DNA of 64,000 bases from Coprobacter sp. (GTDB lineage: Bacteria > Bacteroidota > Bacteroidia > Bacteroidales > UBA11471), in assembly GCA_017462265.1 (NCBI GenBank), contig JAFTRN010000054.1:12068-76067 (forward strand), in the 5' to 3' direction. The position numbers and the translations under genes were made by a program. This document shows positions 54,517-64,000 of the stretch, one piece after another. How positions within the stretch are numbered: position 1 is the first letter of the stretch; each line of letters starts with the position of its first letter. A model generated the notes under the pieces. It made no database searches. It was not told the origin of the DNA and was given only the letters and a program-made list of their open reading frames with translations.

Positions 54517-55341
54517 ATGAAAATACTATATGTAATTCTTTTGCTTGTATGCGTCGCCACCATACAGATACAGGCACAGTCCTATACAGACTATATCGAC
54601 TCCTCTTTCACCTATATAGAAAAGGGTGAGTTGTCGGCAGCCGAGCAAGCCTTGTTGAAAGCATTACGCACCGAACCGGGAAATCCCGGGAATGTATTCT
54701 TGCTATCGAATTTGGGTACGATACAGCGCCAAATGGGGAAAAATCGGGAAGCATTGCAATCTTATAACAATGCTCTGATGATGGCCCCACAATCGACCAC
54801 ACTATTAGCCAATAGAGCCGCCTTATGGGCCGAAATAGACAGTCTGCAACAAGCTAAAGACGACTATACCCGCATATTACAGATAGACGATAAAAACGAA
54901 GATGCCATCTATCGGCGCGGCCTCATATCGTTGGAATGTGGCGATACCACGGCCTCCCGTCTTGATTTTGAATGGTTACTATCGATTAACCCTCAAAGTG
55001 CCGACGCTCGCATAGGTATGGCTACTCTACTGAAACATAGGGGGTATTACTTGGCAGCTATCGAGCTTTACACCCAAGTGTTACGAGCCAATCCCAACCT
55101 CGGAACTCTATATCTCAATCGGGCTGAGGCATATTACTACAACAAACAATATAATAAAGCCGACGATGATATAGCCACGGCCTTATACCTCTCGCCCCAA
55201 GATCCGCTCGTGTATGTAATGCGAGGCAAGTTGAAAATAGCCCGATTCGACAAAGAGGGTGCCCAAAAAGACTTCGACAAAGCCATAGAACTGGGCTTCG
55301 ACGCCAACGTCATCGAAGATATACTCCACGGCGAGAAATAG
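54517..55341 (+). CDS. tetratricopeptide-repeat protein (secreted)
   Basis: 274 aa with a signal peptide (ATIQIQAQS), followed by ~6 TPR-like 34-aa repeats (A...Y..AL...P........RA..). Confidence 0.8.
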   Translation: MKILYVILLLVCVATIQIQAQSYTDYIDSSFTYIEKGELSAAEQALLKALRTEPGNPGNVFLLSNLGTIQRQMGKNREALQSYNNALMMAPQSTTLLANRAALWAEIDSLQQAKDDYTRILQIDDKNEDAIYRRGLISLECGDTTASRLDFEWLLSINPQSADARIGMATLLKHRGYYLAAIELYTQVLRANPNLGTLYLNRAEAYYYNKQYNKADDDIATALYLSPQDPLVYVMRGKLKIARFDKEGAQKDFDKAIELGFDANVIEDILHGEK

Positions 55342-55453
55342 AGGCAAAAGGCTCTTAATGAAGTCCAAGACTCCTTTTCAGATGCCTTAATCATTTTTTC
55401 GGGAGAAATTTTTAATAGCATCTAAGCCATTTCTAAGATTTTTTAGTACCTTT

Positions 55454-56383
55454 GTGGCAATGCTTGAAATATCCCGACATATCGAATATCTGCTTACGGA
55501 ACACGATTGTGTATTGGTTCCCGGCTTGGGAGGTTTTATCTTACAAGATATTTCCGCCCGATTATCTGCCGATGGAAACCAATGGCTCGCCCCTACACGC
55601 TCCATCGTATTCAATCCGGCATTGACCTACAACGACGGATTGTTGGCGGCGTCTCTGATGAAAGCTCGAAGTACTGATTATCATCAAGCCACCACGTTTA
55701 TCGACCGTGACGTAGCGACACTTCGTGCATTATTGCGCAAAGAGGGCGACCGAGTAGCCTTCGGCCGATTGGGCGATTTTATACTTTCCGACGATAACGT
55801 CCTCACTTTCGAGACCAACGAGTCCTATCCGCTTTCTCTCCATAGTTTCGGGCTCGCTCCCCTCAACATCATGCCGTTGCGAGAATTGACATCGCCTCAA
55901 CAACGAGAGAAAATCATCATTAATACGACGGAGGTCAAGAGACGCGACAATGATGTGATACACTTTACCATTCGTCGCAGAGTAGCCCATCGGGTGATGG
56001 CCATAGCAGCTACGATATTGTTATTGTTCGCAGTATCACTTCCACTGACCAACGAGCCATACGACCACGACTTGGCGACACTTGCCCCTACGACTATGAT
56101 AACTCCGACCGTCGTTGCCGATAATCAAAATACGGCGACACCCGATGGAGAATTTCTCATTGTCGTATCAACCCTCACTTCGCGCGAAAACGCCTTACTG
56201 AAATTACAACAATTCCACAATAGCGGTGTCACCGAGCCGATATTCCTCTTTGAAGATGACAACCGAGTATATCTGTACACTCGCACATTCACCGATCGCA
56301 AAGCAGCATTTACCTATTTAAGAGGCGAACTCAAAAATAACACACCGTTTCCCGACGCCTGGGTAATGAAAGTGGAAAAATAG
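55454..56383 (+). CDS. HU-like (CCDC81-type) N-terminal domain plus SPOR-domain protein
   Basis: 309 aa. Begins ISRHIEYLLTEHDCVLVPGLGGFI, has a mid TM helix (VMAIAATILLLFAV), and the C-terminal FLIVVSTLTSRENALLKLQQF...YLYTRTFTDRKAA is SPOR-like. The start is a GTG at 55454 or an ATG at 55460. A TACCTTTG motif at 55447-55454 abuts the start, so the mRNA may be leaderless or the true promoter lies elsewhere. Confidence 0.65.
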   Translation: MAMLEISRHIEYLLTEHDCVLVPGLGGFILQDISARLSADGNQWLAPTRSIVFNPALTYNDGLLAASLMKARSTDYHQATTFIDRDVATLRALLRKEGDRVAFGRLGDFILSDDNVLTFETNESYPLSLHSFGLAPLNIMPLRELTSPQQREKIIINTTEVKRRDNDVIHFTIRRRVAHRVMAIAATILLLFAVSLPLTNEPYDHDLATLAPTTMITPTVVADNQNTATPDGEFLIVVSTLTSRENALLKLQQFHNSGVTEPIFLFEDDNRVYLYTRTFTDRKAAFTYLRGELKNNTPFPDAWVMKVEK

Positions 56384-56439
56384 CCCTATCTTTATAAAAC
56401 AGCTTTTTAATCCCAATGTGATATTTGGGAAGTTTTTTG

Positions 56440-56447
56440 TACCTTTG
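56440..56447 (+). promoter_or_regulatory. -7 promoter motif TACCTTTG upstream of the DUF2148-aguA-aguB genes
   Basis: Exact TAnnTTTG match 17 nt upstream of the ATG at 56464. Confidence 0.45.
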
Positions 56448-56463
56448 CGAAAAACAATAATAT

Positions 56464-57003
56464 ATGATTATAGACGAGAGAGATTCCCGTAAGGAATTTA
56501 TGCTGGAGGTTGCAAAGCAAATGATGACCGCGGCAAGAACAGCCCCTAAAGGTAAAGGTATTGACATAATAGAAATTGTAACCCTCACCGATGAGGATAT
56601 TGATGCCGTATCGACCGAATTGGTGCACCTACACGAAGAGACGGGTATGAAATTTCTGTTGCGCGACAGCGAAAATATACAGAGTGCCGATGCCATGCTT
56701 GTAATAGGTACTCGCCATGCCAACCAAGGATTGAACTGCGCATATTGCGGGTTCAAAACCTGTGTTGAGAAGCCCCTCTCTACACCCTGCGCTATCAACA
56801 CGATAGACGTAGGTATAGCCATAGGTTCGGCTTGCGCCAAAGCTGCCGATCTGCGGGTAGATAGCCGGGTAATGTTTTCTGCCGGTTGGGCAGCCGAGCG
56901 CCTCGGCCTACTCCCCGATTGCCACCAGTGTATAGCCATACCTATAAGCGCCTCGTCTAAAAATCCTTTCTTCGATAGAAAACCCAAAGAAGAGAAAAAA
57001 TGA
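56464..57003 (+). CDS. DUF2148-type ferredoxin-like protein
   Basis: 179 aa. Contains AARTAPKGKGID...NCAYCGFKTC...IDVGIAIGSA. Its stop overlaps the aguA start (ATGA). Confidence 0.65.
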   Translation: MIIDERDSRKEFMLEVAKQMMTAARTAPKGKGIDIIEIVTLTDEDIDAVSTELVHLHEETGMKFLLRDSENIQSADAMLVIGTRHANQGLNCAYCGFKTCVEKPLSTPCAINTIDVGIAIGSACAKAADLRVDSRVMFSAGWAAERLGLLPDCHQCIAIPISASSKNPFFDRKPKEEKK

Positions 57004-58031
57004 GCCACTATATACTGCCTGCAGAATGGTATCCGCAATCGGGTGTACAACTTACTTGGCCTCATGCCGAGACCGATTGGAATTATATGTTGCCCGAGGT
57101 CGAAGAGTGTTTCTCGAATATCGCTCGCGAAATTTCTCTGCGTGAGAAACTGCTCATAGTCGCACCGGCCCCCGATGAAGTAAGACAATACCTCACCAAC
57201 AAGGTGAATATGGCAAATGTGCAGTTTGTTACCTGTCCCACCAACGATACATGGGCACGCGATCATGGAGGAATCACGATGTGCGATACCGAGACCGGAA
57301 AGGCCCGAATACTCGATTTCAAGTTCAACGGCTGGGGTATGAAATTTGTCGCGGCTCTTGATAATATGATTACAAGAAATTGCTACAATCAGGGCGTTTT
57401 CGAAGCCGAATATGTAAACAAATTAAACTTTGTAATCGAAGGCGGTTCCATCGAATCCGACGGAAATGGCACATTGCTCACCACATCGGAATGTCTGTTG
57501 TCGCCCAACCGCAATGGAGAGTGGGACAAGGATGAAATCGAATCATATTTGAAATCAACCCTTTCCGTACGACAAATTTTATGGCTTGACCATGGTTATC
57601 TGGCCGGAGACGATACCGATAGTCATGTCGATACCTTAGCTCGAATTTGCCCCAACGACACAATCGTATATGTGCACTGTACCGACACCGACGACGAGCA
57701 TTACGACGCATTGACTCGTATGGAAGAGCAACTACTCACATTCCGCACCCTTACCGGTAAAAAATACAATCTATTACCCCTGCCGATGGCCAATGCCATA
57801 TACGAAGACGGCGAACGCCTACCCGCCACCTATGCCAATTTTCTGATTATCAATGGTGCTATCTTGTATCCCACATACAACCAGCCGAGTAACGACTGTG
57901 AGGCTGCCCGGGTATTACAGCAAGCATTTCCGGGATACGAGATTATAGGAATAGATTGTCGAGCACTTATCAAGCAACACGGTTCACTCCATTGTGTTAC
58001 CATGCAATATCCGCAAGGAGTATTACTTTAA
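57000..58031 (+). CDS. aguA: agmatine deiminase
   Basis: 343 aa. Contains LPAEWYPQSGVQLTWPH, WARDHGGI, DSHVDTLARI, and the catalytic Cys in GSLHCVTMQ. Confidence 0.9.
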   Translation: MSHYILPAEWYPQSGVQLTWPHAETDWNYMLPEVEECFSNIAREISLREKLLIVAPAPDEVRQYLTNKVNMANVQFVTCPTNDTWARDHGGITMCDTETGKARILDFKFNGWGMKFVAALDNMITRNCYNQGVFEAEYVNKLNFVIEGGSIESDGNGTLLTTSECLLSPNRNGEWDKDEIESYLKSTLSVRQILWLDHGYLAGDDTDSHVDTLARICPNDTIVYVHCTDTDDEHYDALTRMEEQLLTFRTLTGKKYNLLPLPMANAIYEDGERLPATYANFLIINGAILYPTYNQPSNDCEAARVLQQAFPGYEIIGIDCRALIKQHGSLHCVTMQYPQGVLL

Positions 58032-58055
58032 AACCCAATTGAACCCATATAACGT

Positions 58056-58943
58056 ATGAGTAAAACATTGACTGTCGGAATTATACAGCAAAAAAACACG
58101 GCCGACATAGAGGATAATAAAAAGCGTCTGAAACTCCATATCGAAGAATGTGCCCGAAACGGCGCACAGCTCGTCGTACTGCAAGAACTGCACAACAGCC
58201 TCTACTTTTGCCAAACCGAGAATACACAACAATTCGACTTAGCCGAGAGTATTCCAGGCCCCTCGACCGATTTCTACGGAGAGATAGCCCGTTCTTGCAA
58301 CATAGTTTTGGTGACCTCTCTTTTTGAGCGTAGAGCTCCGGGATTGTACCACAATACGGCAGTTGTTTTCGAGCGAGACGGCGCTATCGCCGGGAAATAT
58401 CGCAAAATGCACATACCCGACGATCCGGCTTATTACGAAAAATTCTATTTCACCCCCGGTGATATAGGGTTTGAGCCGATAAAGACCTCGGTCGGCACTC
58501 TCGGTGTATTGGTATGTTGGGACCAATGGTACCCCGAAGCCGCACGCCTGATGGCCTTGAAAGATGCCGATATGCTCATATATCCGACAGCTATCGGCTG
58601 GGAAAGCAGTGATACCCCCGACGAAAAGGAGCGACAACGTAACGCCTGGATTACCGTACAGCGCGGTCATGCCGTGGCCAACGGACTACCTGTCGTATCG
58701 GTCAATCGTGTCGGTCTCGAAGAAGATCCGTCGGGACAAACCAATGGTATATCGTTCTGGGGCAGTAGTTTTGTCGCAGGCCCTCAAGGCGAAATCATCT
58801 GGCAAGCTTCCGATACGAAAGAATGTACAAGCATCGTAGAAATAGATCTTTCGCGGTCGGAACAAGTACGTCGCTGGTGGCCGTTCCTGCGCGATAGACG
58901 TATCGATGCTTACGAAAAAATCACAAAGCGTTTCATCGACTGA
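58056..58943 (+). CDS. aguB: N-carbamoylputrescine amidase (carbon-nitrogen hydrolase family)
   Basis: 295 aa. Has the nitrilase-superfamily E-K-C triad context (VLQELH, YRKMHIPD, LVCWDQWYPE) and lies immediately after aguA. Confidence 0.85.
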   Translation: MSKTLTVGIIQQKNTADIEDNKKRLKLHIEECARNGAQLVVLQELHNSLYFCQTENTQQFDLAESIPGPSTDFYGEIARSCNIVLVTSLFERRAPGLYHNTAVVFERDGAIAGKYRKMHIPDDPAYYEKFYFTPGDIGFEPIKTSVGTLGVLVCWDQWYPEAARLMALKDADMLIYPTAIGWESSDTPDEKERQRNAWITVQRGHAVANGLPVVSVNRVGLEEDPSGQTNGISFWGSSFVAGPQGEIIWQASDTKECTSIVEIDLSRSEQVRRWWPFLRDRRIDAYEKITKRFID

Positions 58944-59006
58944 TAGCTACTATAAGTCGTAAGAAAATTTTCAAAAAAATTCAAACTACCTTCTTGCATT
59001 TCACAC

Positions 59007-59014
59007 TATCTTTG
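59007..59014 (+). promoter_or_regulatory. -7 promoter motif TATCTTTG upstream of tsaC
   Basis: Exact TAnnTTTG match 26 nt upstream of the ATG at 59040. Confidence 0.45.
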
Positions 59015-59039
59015 CATGAAGATATAAGGTAAAATTGGT

Positions 59040-59603
59040 ATGGAAGATGATATAAAAAAAGCTTTCGAGGTTCTATGCCGGGGTGGAGTGATACTCTATC
59101 CCACCGATACGATTTGGGGCATAGGGTGTGACGCCACAAACCCCGAAGCGGTAAGGCGGGTATATGAAATCAAAAAACGCGTTGATAGTAAAGCGCTTAT
59201 TGTATTGGTCGATAAACCCATGAAAATCGAATTTTATGTAGATGAAGTCCCCGACATCGCTTGGAATCTCATAGAGGTTACCGATAAACCGCTGACCATT
59301 GTATATCCCAAAGCCAAAAATTTAGCACCGAATGTCGTAGCCGAAGACGGCAGTGTGGGAATACGCCTTACCCAAGAGGCTTTTTCTCAAAAATTGTGTG
59401 AGCGATTTCGGAAAGCCATTGTTTCGACATCGGCTAATATCAGCGGTACCCCATCGCCCAAAAACTTTGCAGAAATTTCCGACGAAATAAAAAATGCCGT
59501 AGATTACGTTGTGACCTACCGGCAAGACGACACTGCCCGCCCCGAACCGTCGAGCGTAATACAGGTTGGGAACGGTGGTCTTATCAAGGTATTACGAGCA
59601 TAA
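59040..59603 (+). CDS. tsaC: L-threonylcarbamoyladenylate synthase (YrdC/TsaC type)
   Basis: 187 aa. Contains GGVILYPTDTIWGIGCDA and STSANISG. Confidence 0.85.
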   Translation: MEDDIKKAFEVLCRGGVILYPTDTIWGIGCDATNPEAVRRVYEIKKRVDSKALIVLVDKPMKIEFYVDEVPDIAWNLIEVTDKPLTIVYPKAKNLAPNVVAEDGSVGIRLTQEAFSQKLCERFRKAIVSTSANISGTPSPKNFAEISDEIKNAVDYVVTYRQDDTARPEPSSVIQVGNGGLIKVLRA

Positions 59604-59612
59604 TTATCAAAT

Positions 59613-61028
59613 ATGAAACTCCATCGACAAATAGCCAAATATGTGGTAAGCGATTTGCTGACAGCTAATATCGGCTGGCTGTTGTCGAACATATTCCGAT
59701 ATTATCTCATCAAATCGATACAGACCGACTTCCATACATTGGCGTCGTATCTGTCGTTCAAAACCGTCATCGAGGGACAGATATTGTTTCCTTTGTTATT
59801 CGTAGGGATATTCTATTTATCGGGCTATTACAATCGTCCGTTTTTGAAGTCGAGAGTGGAGGAATTTTTCTCCACGATACTTTCGATACTGATAGGTACT
59901 CTCATCATATTCTTTATCGCCATACTTAACGATTTGTATGGCGGAGAATATAGTTATAGTATATTCGGCGGTATATTTTGTTTGTTATTTATCTGCGTAT
60001 ATATGGTGAGGGCTATTATTACAAGCCATGCCTCTCGTAAGATACATTCCCGAGAATGGGGTTTCAACACATTGGTTATCGGGGCAGGAAAGAGGGCATT
60101 AGAACTTGTTAATGAAATCGATAGCCAGAAGAAATCTTCAGGATTCAGACTCGTAGGATTCATTCGGAACAAATATGACGAACCGAGACATGAAATGGGC
60201 AGCTACCCTATCTTCGACAACGATCGTATAGAGCATATCATCGAAGAGCTCGACGTAGAACGCATTGTGGTGACAATAGACCACAACGATCGTATGTCGA
60301 TACAAGAGACTATCAACCCGCTATATAAATATGACCTGCCTATATGGATTAAGCCCAACGATTACGAGATAATGTTTTCTCGCATAAAGATGTCGGATAT
60401 ATTGGGTACACCATTGATAGATATAACCTCTTGCTCGCTGTCAGATAGTCAGAAAAATATCAAACGATTATGCGACATTACATTTTCGGCCATCGCCCTT
60501 ATCGTATTGTCGCCAATATTCCTTTGTACAGCGATTGCCATACGACTCACCTCGAAAGGGGCAATCATATACAAGCAAAAACGTGTAGGAAAACACCGTA
60601 AAGAGTTTATGTTGTATAAATTTCGCAGTATGGTATCCGATGCCGAGCAAGGCACGCCCGAGCTATCCAGCGAAAACGATAGTCGCATCACCCCGATAGG
60701 CCATTTCCTGAGAAAGTATCGTATCGATGAGCTTCCACAATTTTGGAACGTACTGAAAGGTGATATGTCGCTCGTCGGTCCACGTCCCGAAAGGAAATAT
60801 TTTGCCGACCAACTCTTACAACGGGTTCCTCATTACAACCTTATACATCAATTACGCCCCGGTATTACCTCGTGGGGTATGGTGAAATATGGTTATGCCC
60901 GCAATATCGACGAAATGATAGAGCGTCTCAAATATGAAATTCTTTATTTAGAGAACATTTCTCTAATACTCGATATGAAAATTATTATTTACACCATAAA
61001 GACGGTTCTCACCGGGAAAGGTATCTGA
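59613..61028 (+). CDS. polyprenyl-phosphate hexose-1-phosphate transferase (bacterial sugar transferase, WbaP-like)
   Basis: 471 aa with N-terminal TM helices and a C-terminal catalytic domain: YKFRSM...ITPIGHFLRKYRIDELPQFWNVLKGDMSLVGPRP. Confidence 0.85.
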   Translation: MKLHRQIAKYVVSDLLTANIGWLLSNIFRYYLIKSIQTDFHTLASYLSFKTVIEGQILFPLLFVGIFYLSGYYNRPFLKSRVEEFFSTILSILIGTLIIFFIAILNDLYGGEYSYSIFGGIFCLLFICVYMVRAIITSHASRKIHSREWGFNTLVIGAGKRALELVNEIDSQKKSSGFRLVGFIRNKYDEPRHEMGSYPIFDNDRIEHIIEELDVERIVVTIDHNDRMSIQETINPLYKYDLPIWIKPNDYEIMFSRIKMSDILGTPLIDITSCSLSDSQKNIKRLCDITFSAIALIVLSPIFLCTAIAIRLTSKGAIIYKQKRVGKHRKEFMLYKFRSMVSDAEQGTPELSSENDSRITPIGHFLRKYRIDELPQFWNVLKGDMSLVGPRPERKYFADQLLQRVPHYNLIHQLRPGITSWGMVKYGYARNIDEMIERLKYEILYLENISLILDMKIIIYTIKTVLTGKGI

Positions 61029-61034
61029 TAATTT

Positions 61035-62816
61035 ATGAAACAAGATTTGTTTCTGAAAATACTCGTTTGGCGAGAGAAACATATTAAGGAGAAAAATTTC
61101 ATCTTAATATTGAGTTTCGTAGTCGGTATATTAGGGGCATTGGCGGCTTTGATACTGAAAGAGGTCATACACCTCATACAAAACCTACTCACCGATCATT
61201 TTGCCGTGGACGGGGCCAACTATATGTATCTGCTCTATCCCATCATCGGCTTGTTATTATCTTATCTATATGTACATTACATTGTAAAAGACAATATCAG
61301 TCACGGCGTAACTCGTGTACTATATGCCATATCTCAACGTAAAAGCCGTTTGAAACCGCACAATATGTACAGTTCGGTCGTGGCCAGTTCTATTACGATA
61401 GGTTTTGGAGGTTCGGTCGGAGCCGAAGCACCTATCGTGTACACGGGGGCTGCCATCGGGTCGAACCTGGGAAGTCTGTTCCGTTTGGACCAACGCACCT
61501 TGATGCTTATGGTGGGTTGTGGTGCTGCCGCCGGTATAGCCGGCATATTCAAGGCCCCCTTTGCCGGACTGCTTTTCACCATAGAGGTATTGATGATAGA
61601 CTTCACGGCCGCATCGATTATGCCCCTGATTGTAGCATCGGCAACAGCGGCCACCATGACCTATATTATATCAGGAGGTGAAGCTCTATTCGACTTTGTA
61701 CAACCCGAGATATTTACATTCGATCGATTACCCTATGTTTTATTATTAGGCGTTGGTTGCGGATTTGTATCTCTCTACTTTACCCGCATGATATATTTCC
61801 TCGAAGGCATTTTCAAAAAGTTGAAAAAGCCGATTTGGAAATTTATATTAGGCTCTATCGTACTGAGTACCGCCATATTTTTCCTTCCCCCGCTATATGG
61901 AGAGGGTTATGAGGCTATCACCCGCCTACTGACAGGCGATGTAACCTCTATTACCGAAGGCAGTATTTTTTATACTTGGCGCGACAATTTCAGTATTCTC
62001 GTACTATACCTCGCCCTCATTGTGTTGTTCAAGGTGTTTGCCACAGCAGCCACAAACGGCGGTGGCGGTGTAGGTGGAACGTTTGCCCCCAGCCTTTACG
62101 TAGGATGTATGTTCGGATTTCTATTTGCTTTCCTCATAAATCATTTCGATTTTCTACCTATCTCCGTATCGACGACAAATTTTGCCCTCATGGGTATGGC
62201 CGGTGTAATGTCGGGTGTAATGCACGCCCCATTGATGGCTCTGTTCCTCGCCATAGAATTGACCGGTGGATACAGCCTGTTCTTACCGTTGATGATTACT
62301 TCGGCCGTGGCTTATCTCACAATCAGAGTATTTGAGTCGCACAGTATATATGCCATGCGTCTGGCTCAAAAAGGCGAATTGCTTACACACCACAAAGACA
62401 AGGCCGTATTGACCTTACTGAAAATGGATAGTGTGATCGAAACCGATTTCTTGGTCGTACACCCCGAAATGACTCTCGGCGATATGGTAAAGGTCATTGC
62501 CAAAGCTCACCGCAACGTATTCCCTGTAACCGATAACGAAGGTAAAATGCTGGGTATCGTGTTGCTCGATGATATTCGCAACATCATGTTCCGTCCTTCA
62601 TTGTATGAGCGATTCCATGTAAGCAAATTTATGACCATGCCCCCCGGAAAAATTGAGGTAGGTATGCCCATGGAACAAGTGATGAAGATATTCGACGAAA
62701 CAAACGCATGGAACCTACCTGTAGTAGATGAAAACGGCGTGTACGTGGGCTTCGTTTCAAAATCGAAAATATTCAATTCCTACCGACGTGTGTTGGTACA
62801 CTTCTCCCAAGACTAA
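61035..62816 (+). CDS. ClC-family chloride channel / H+-Cl- antiporter with C-terminal CBS pair
   Basis: 593 aa. Contains GFGGSVGAEAPIV, GIFKAPFAGLLFTIE and GGTFAPSLYVG. The C-terminal CBS-like repeats include FPVTDNEGKMLGIV and NLPVVDENGVYVGFV. Confidence 0.9.
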   Translation: MKQDLFLKILVWREKHIKEKNFILILSFVVGILGALAALILKEVIHLIQNLLTDHFAVDGANYMYLLYPIIGLLLSYLYVHYIVKDNISHGVTRVLYAISQRKSRLKPHNMYSSVVASSITIGFGGSVGAEAPIVYTGAAIGSNLGSLFRLDQRTLMLMVGCGAAAGIAGIFKAPFAGLLFTIEVLMIDFTAASIMPLIVASATAATMTYIISGGEALFDFVQPEIFTFDRLPYVLLLGVGCGFVSLYFTRMIYFLEGIFKKLKKPIWKFILGSIVLSTAIFFLPPLYGEGYEAITRLLTGDVTSITEGSIFYTWRDNFSILVLYLALIVLFKVFATAATNGGGGVGGTFAPSLYVGCMFGFLFAFLINHFDFLPISVSTTNFALMGMAGVMSGVMHAPLMALFLAIELTGGYSLFLPLMITSAVAYLTIRVFESHSIYAMRLAQKGELLTHHKDKAVLTLLKMDSVIETDFLVVHPEMTLGDMVKVIAKAHRNVFPVTDNEGKMLGIVLLDDIRNIMFRPSLYERFHVSKFMTMPPGKIEVGMPMEQVMKIFDETNAWNLPVVDENGVYVGFVSKSKIFNSYRRVLVHFSQD

Positions 62817-62905
62817 GAAGCTACTTGTTTCTTATAAAAAGAATCTCGGCTTCAAAAAACAAAGTTTTTAATTCAGATTTCTCTGATTTCACGACAGCTA
62901 ACAAT

Positions 62906-63871
62906 ATGGACAAAAAAGACTTACGCATCGTATATATGGGCACTCCCGACTTTGCTGTGGAGAGTTTGAAACAATTGGTCGAGAACGGCTATAACATAGT
63001 GGGGGTCGTGACTATGCCCGATAAACCGGCCGGGCGCGGTCACAAAATACAATTCTCGCCCGTAAAACAATATGCCCTGAAACAAGGTTTGCCTCTATTA
63101 CAACCCGAAAGACTGAAAGATGAAGCGTTTCTCAACGACTTACGTGCTTGGAATGCCGACTTGCAAATCGTCGTCGCCTTCCGTATGTTGCCCGAGGTTG
63201 TGTGGAATATGCCTCGTCTCGGCACATTCAATCTACATGCGTCTCTACTCCCCCAATATCGTGGTGCCGCTCCCATCAATAGGGCCATCATGAACGGCGA
63301 TACCGAAACCGGTGTTACTACCTTTTTTCTTACGCACGAAATCGACACCGGAAAGATTATCATGCAACAACATCTGCCAATCCTACCCGACGACAATGCC
63401 GGCAGCATACACGACAAACTCATGTGCTTAGGCGCAACGATGGTATGTGAAACCGTCGATGCGATTATCGCCGAGCATATTTCTTGTATAGAGCAAGAGA
63501 GTATCATCACCGAGGAATTACGCCCAGCCCCCAAGATATTCAAAGAGGATTGTCGTATCGATTGGACGAAATCGGCCATGGCAATTCACAACCACATAAG
63601 AGGCCTCTCTCCCTATCCGGCCGCTTGGTGTGAATGGAAAAATGGAGATACGCTATATAGTCCGATAAAAATATACGAGACCGAAATTGTAAACAAAAGC
63701 CATAATCATAAAACAGGCCGTATCGACACTGACGGAAAATCTTTTATAGAAATCGCTTGTGGTGAAGGCTGCCTGAGTGTAAAAACCTTGCAACTACCCG
63801 GAAAAAAACGGCTATCGGTAGAGGAGCTACTCCGGGGATTTCCGTTGAATAACGAGTTTGAATGTATATGA
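62906..63871 (+). CDS. fmt: methionyl-tRNA formyltransferase
   Basis: The ATG at 62906 gives MDKKDLRIVYMGTPDFAV. NLHASLLPQYRGAAPI is the formyltransferase motif. The upstream part of the track ORF is not needed. Confidence 0.92.
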   Translation: MDKKDLRIVYMGTPDFAVESLKQLVENGYNIVGVVTMPDKPAGRGHKIQFSPVKQYALKQGLPLLQPERLKDEAFLNDLRAWNADLQIVVAFRMLPEVVWNMPRLGTFNLHASLLPQYRGAAPINRAIMNGDTETGVTTFFLTHEIDTGKIIMQQHLPILPDDNAGSIHDKLMCLGATMVCETVDAIIAEHISCIEQESIITEELRPAPKIFKEDCRIDWTKSAMAIHNHIRGLSPYPAAWCEWKNGDTLYSPIKIYETEIVNKSHNHKTGRIDTDGKSFIEIACGEGCLSVKTLQLPGKKRLSVEELLRGFPLNNEFECI

Positions 63872-63877
63872 TACGAA

Positions 63878-63912
63878 AAACGGCACATCAATCGATGCGC
63901 CGTTTCTTTTTT
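63878..63912 (+). terminator. intrinsic terminator downstream of fmt
   Basis: aaacggcacatc (63878-63889) pairs with gatgcgccgttt (63894-63905) with one mismatch, followed by cttttttc. Confidence 0.7.
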
Positions 63913-64000
63913 CTTATTAATGGGTATCCGTCTATCGGCCAATACACAAATAGGTGAATCCTAATTTCTTCAACTCGTCAACCTCATATATATTGCGTCC

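Noticed and set aside
56331-57266. A 311-aa minus-strand ORF spanning the DUF2148 and aguA genes.
   Set aside because: It is antisense to two genes with clear family motifs and crosses their intergenic junction. No motif is recognisable.
1-64000. CRISPR arrays, rRNA or tRNA genes, IS elements and prophage genes.
   Set aside because: I scanned the intergenic regions and found no regularly spaced direct repeats, no cloverleaf-like or rRNA-like segments, and no transposase-like or phage-like ORFs. A tRNAscan, cmscan or ISfinder run would be needed for certainty.

Overview
The window looks like a chromosomal segment from a Bacteroidales (Bacteroidota) bacterium, probably gut-associated. Many genes are preceded by the Bacteroidota -7 promoter motif TAnnTTTG. 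Two proteins end in T9SS C-terminal sorting domains, and BACON, FISUMP, DUF4136 and C11-peptidase lipoproteins are present. I cannot assign a genus. Most of the 64 kb is tightly packed housekeeping: metH, purL with a purF-like gene, dapA, recJ, rsmG, coaE, yajC, nusB, fmt, tsaC, aguA-aguB, tpx, a DEAD-box helicase, an ABC-F ATPase and a ClC channel. I saw no rRNA, tRNA, CRISPR array, transposase or integrase.

The main finding is an AT-rich four-gene minus-strand operon at 28111-34346. Its genes overlap or nearly abut, and they encode, in order, a kleisin-sized helical protein, a small acidic MksE/JetB-like protein, a 1216-aa SMC/MukB-type coiled-coil ATPase and a short Toprim-motif protein. 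This is the gene order of Wadjet (JetABCD/MksBEFG) anti-plasmid systems, but the accessory subunits are unusually compact and the motifs are divergent. It sits between the nusB-yajC-coaE cluster and a DUF3276/formate-transporter locus, with no mobility genes.

Other items worth a second look:
- a steroid 5-alpha-reductase / old-yellow-enzyme / SDR cluster (5548-8417) resembling published gut-bacterial isoallo bile-acid clusters
- a ~140-190 bp intergenic repeat in two copies (1683-1870, 3590-3813), one split by a palindrome-bearing insert
- a ~30-nt hairpin motif on both sides of a large BACON/FISUMP lipoprotein gene
- a promoter-to-terminator unit at 38161-38438 with serial stem-loops and no credible ORF, a candidate sRNA
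- a purF-like gene lacking the N-terminal Cys nucleophile
- a carboxyltransferase whose biotinyl-like domain lacks the MKM lysine

All functional calls come from reading the translated ORFs and motifs by eye. No database search was run.
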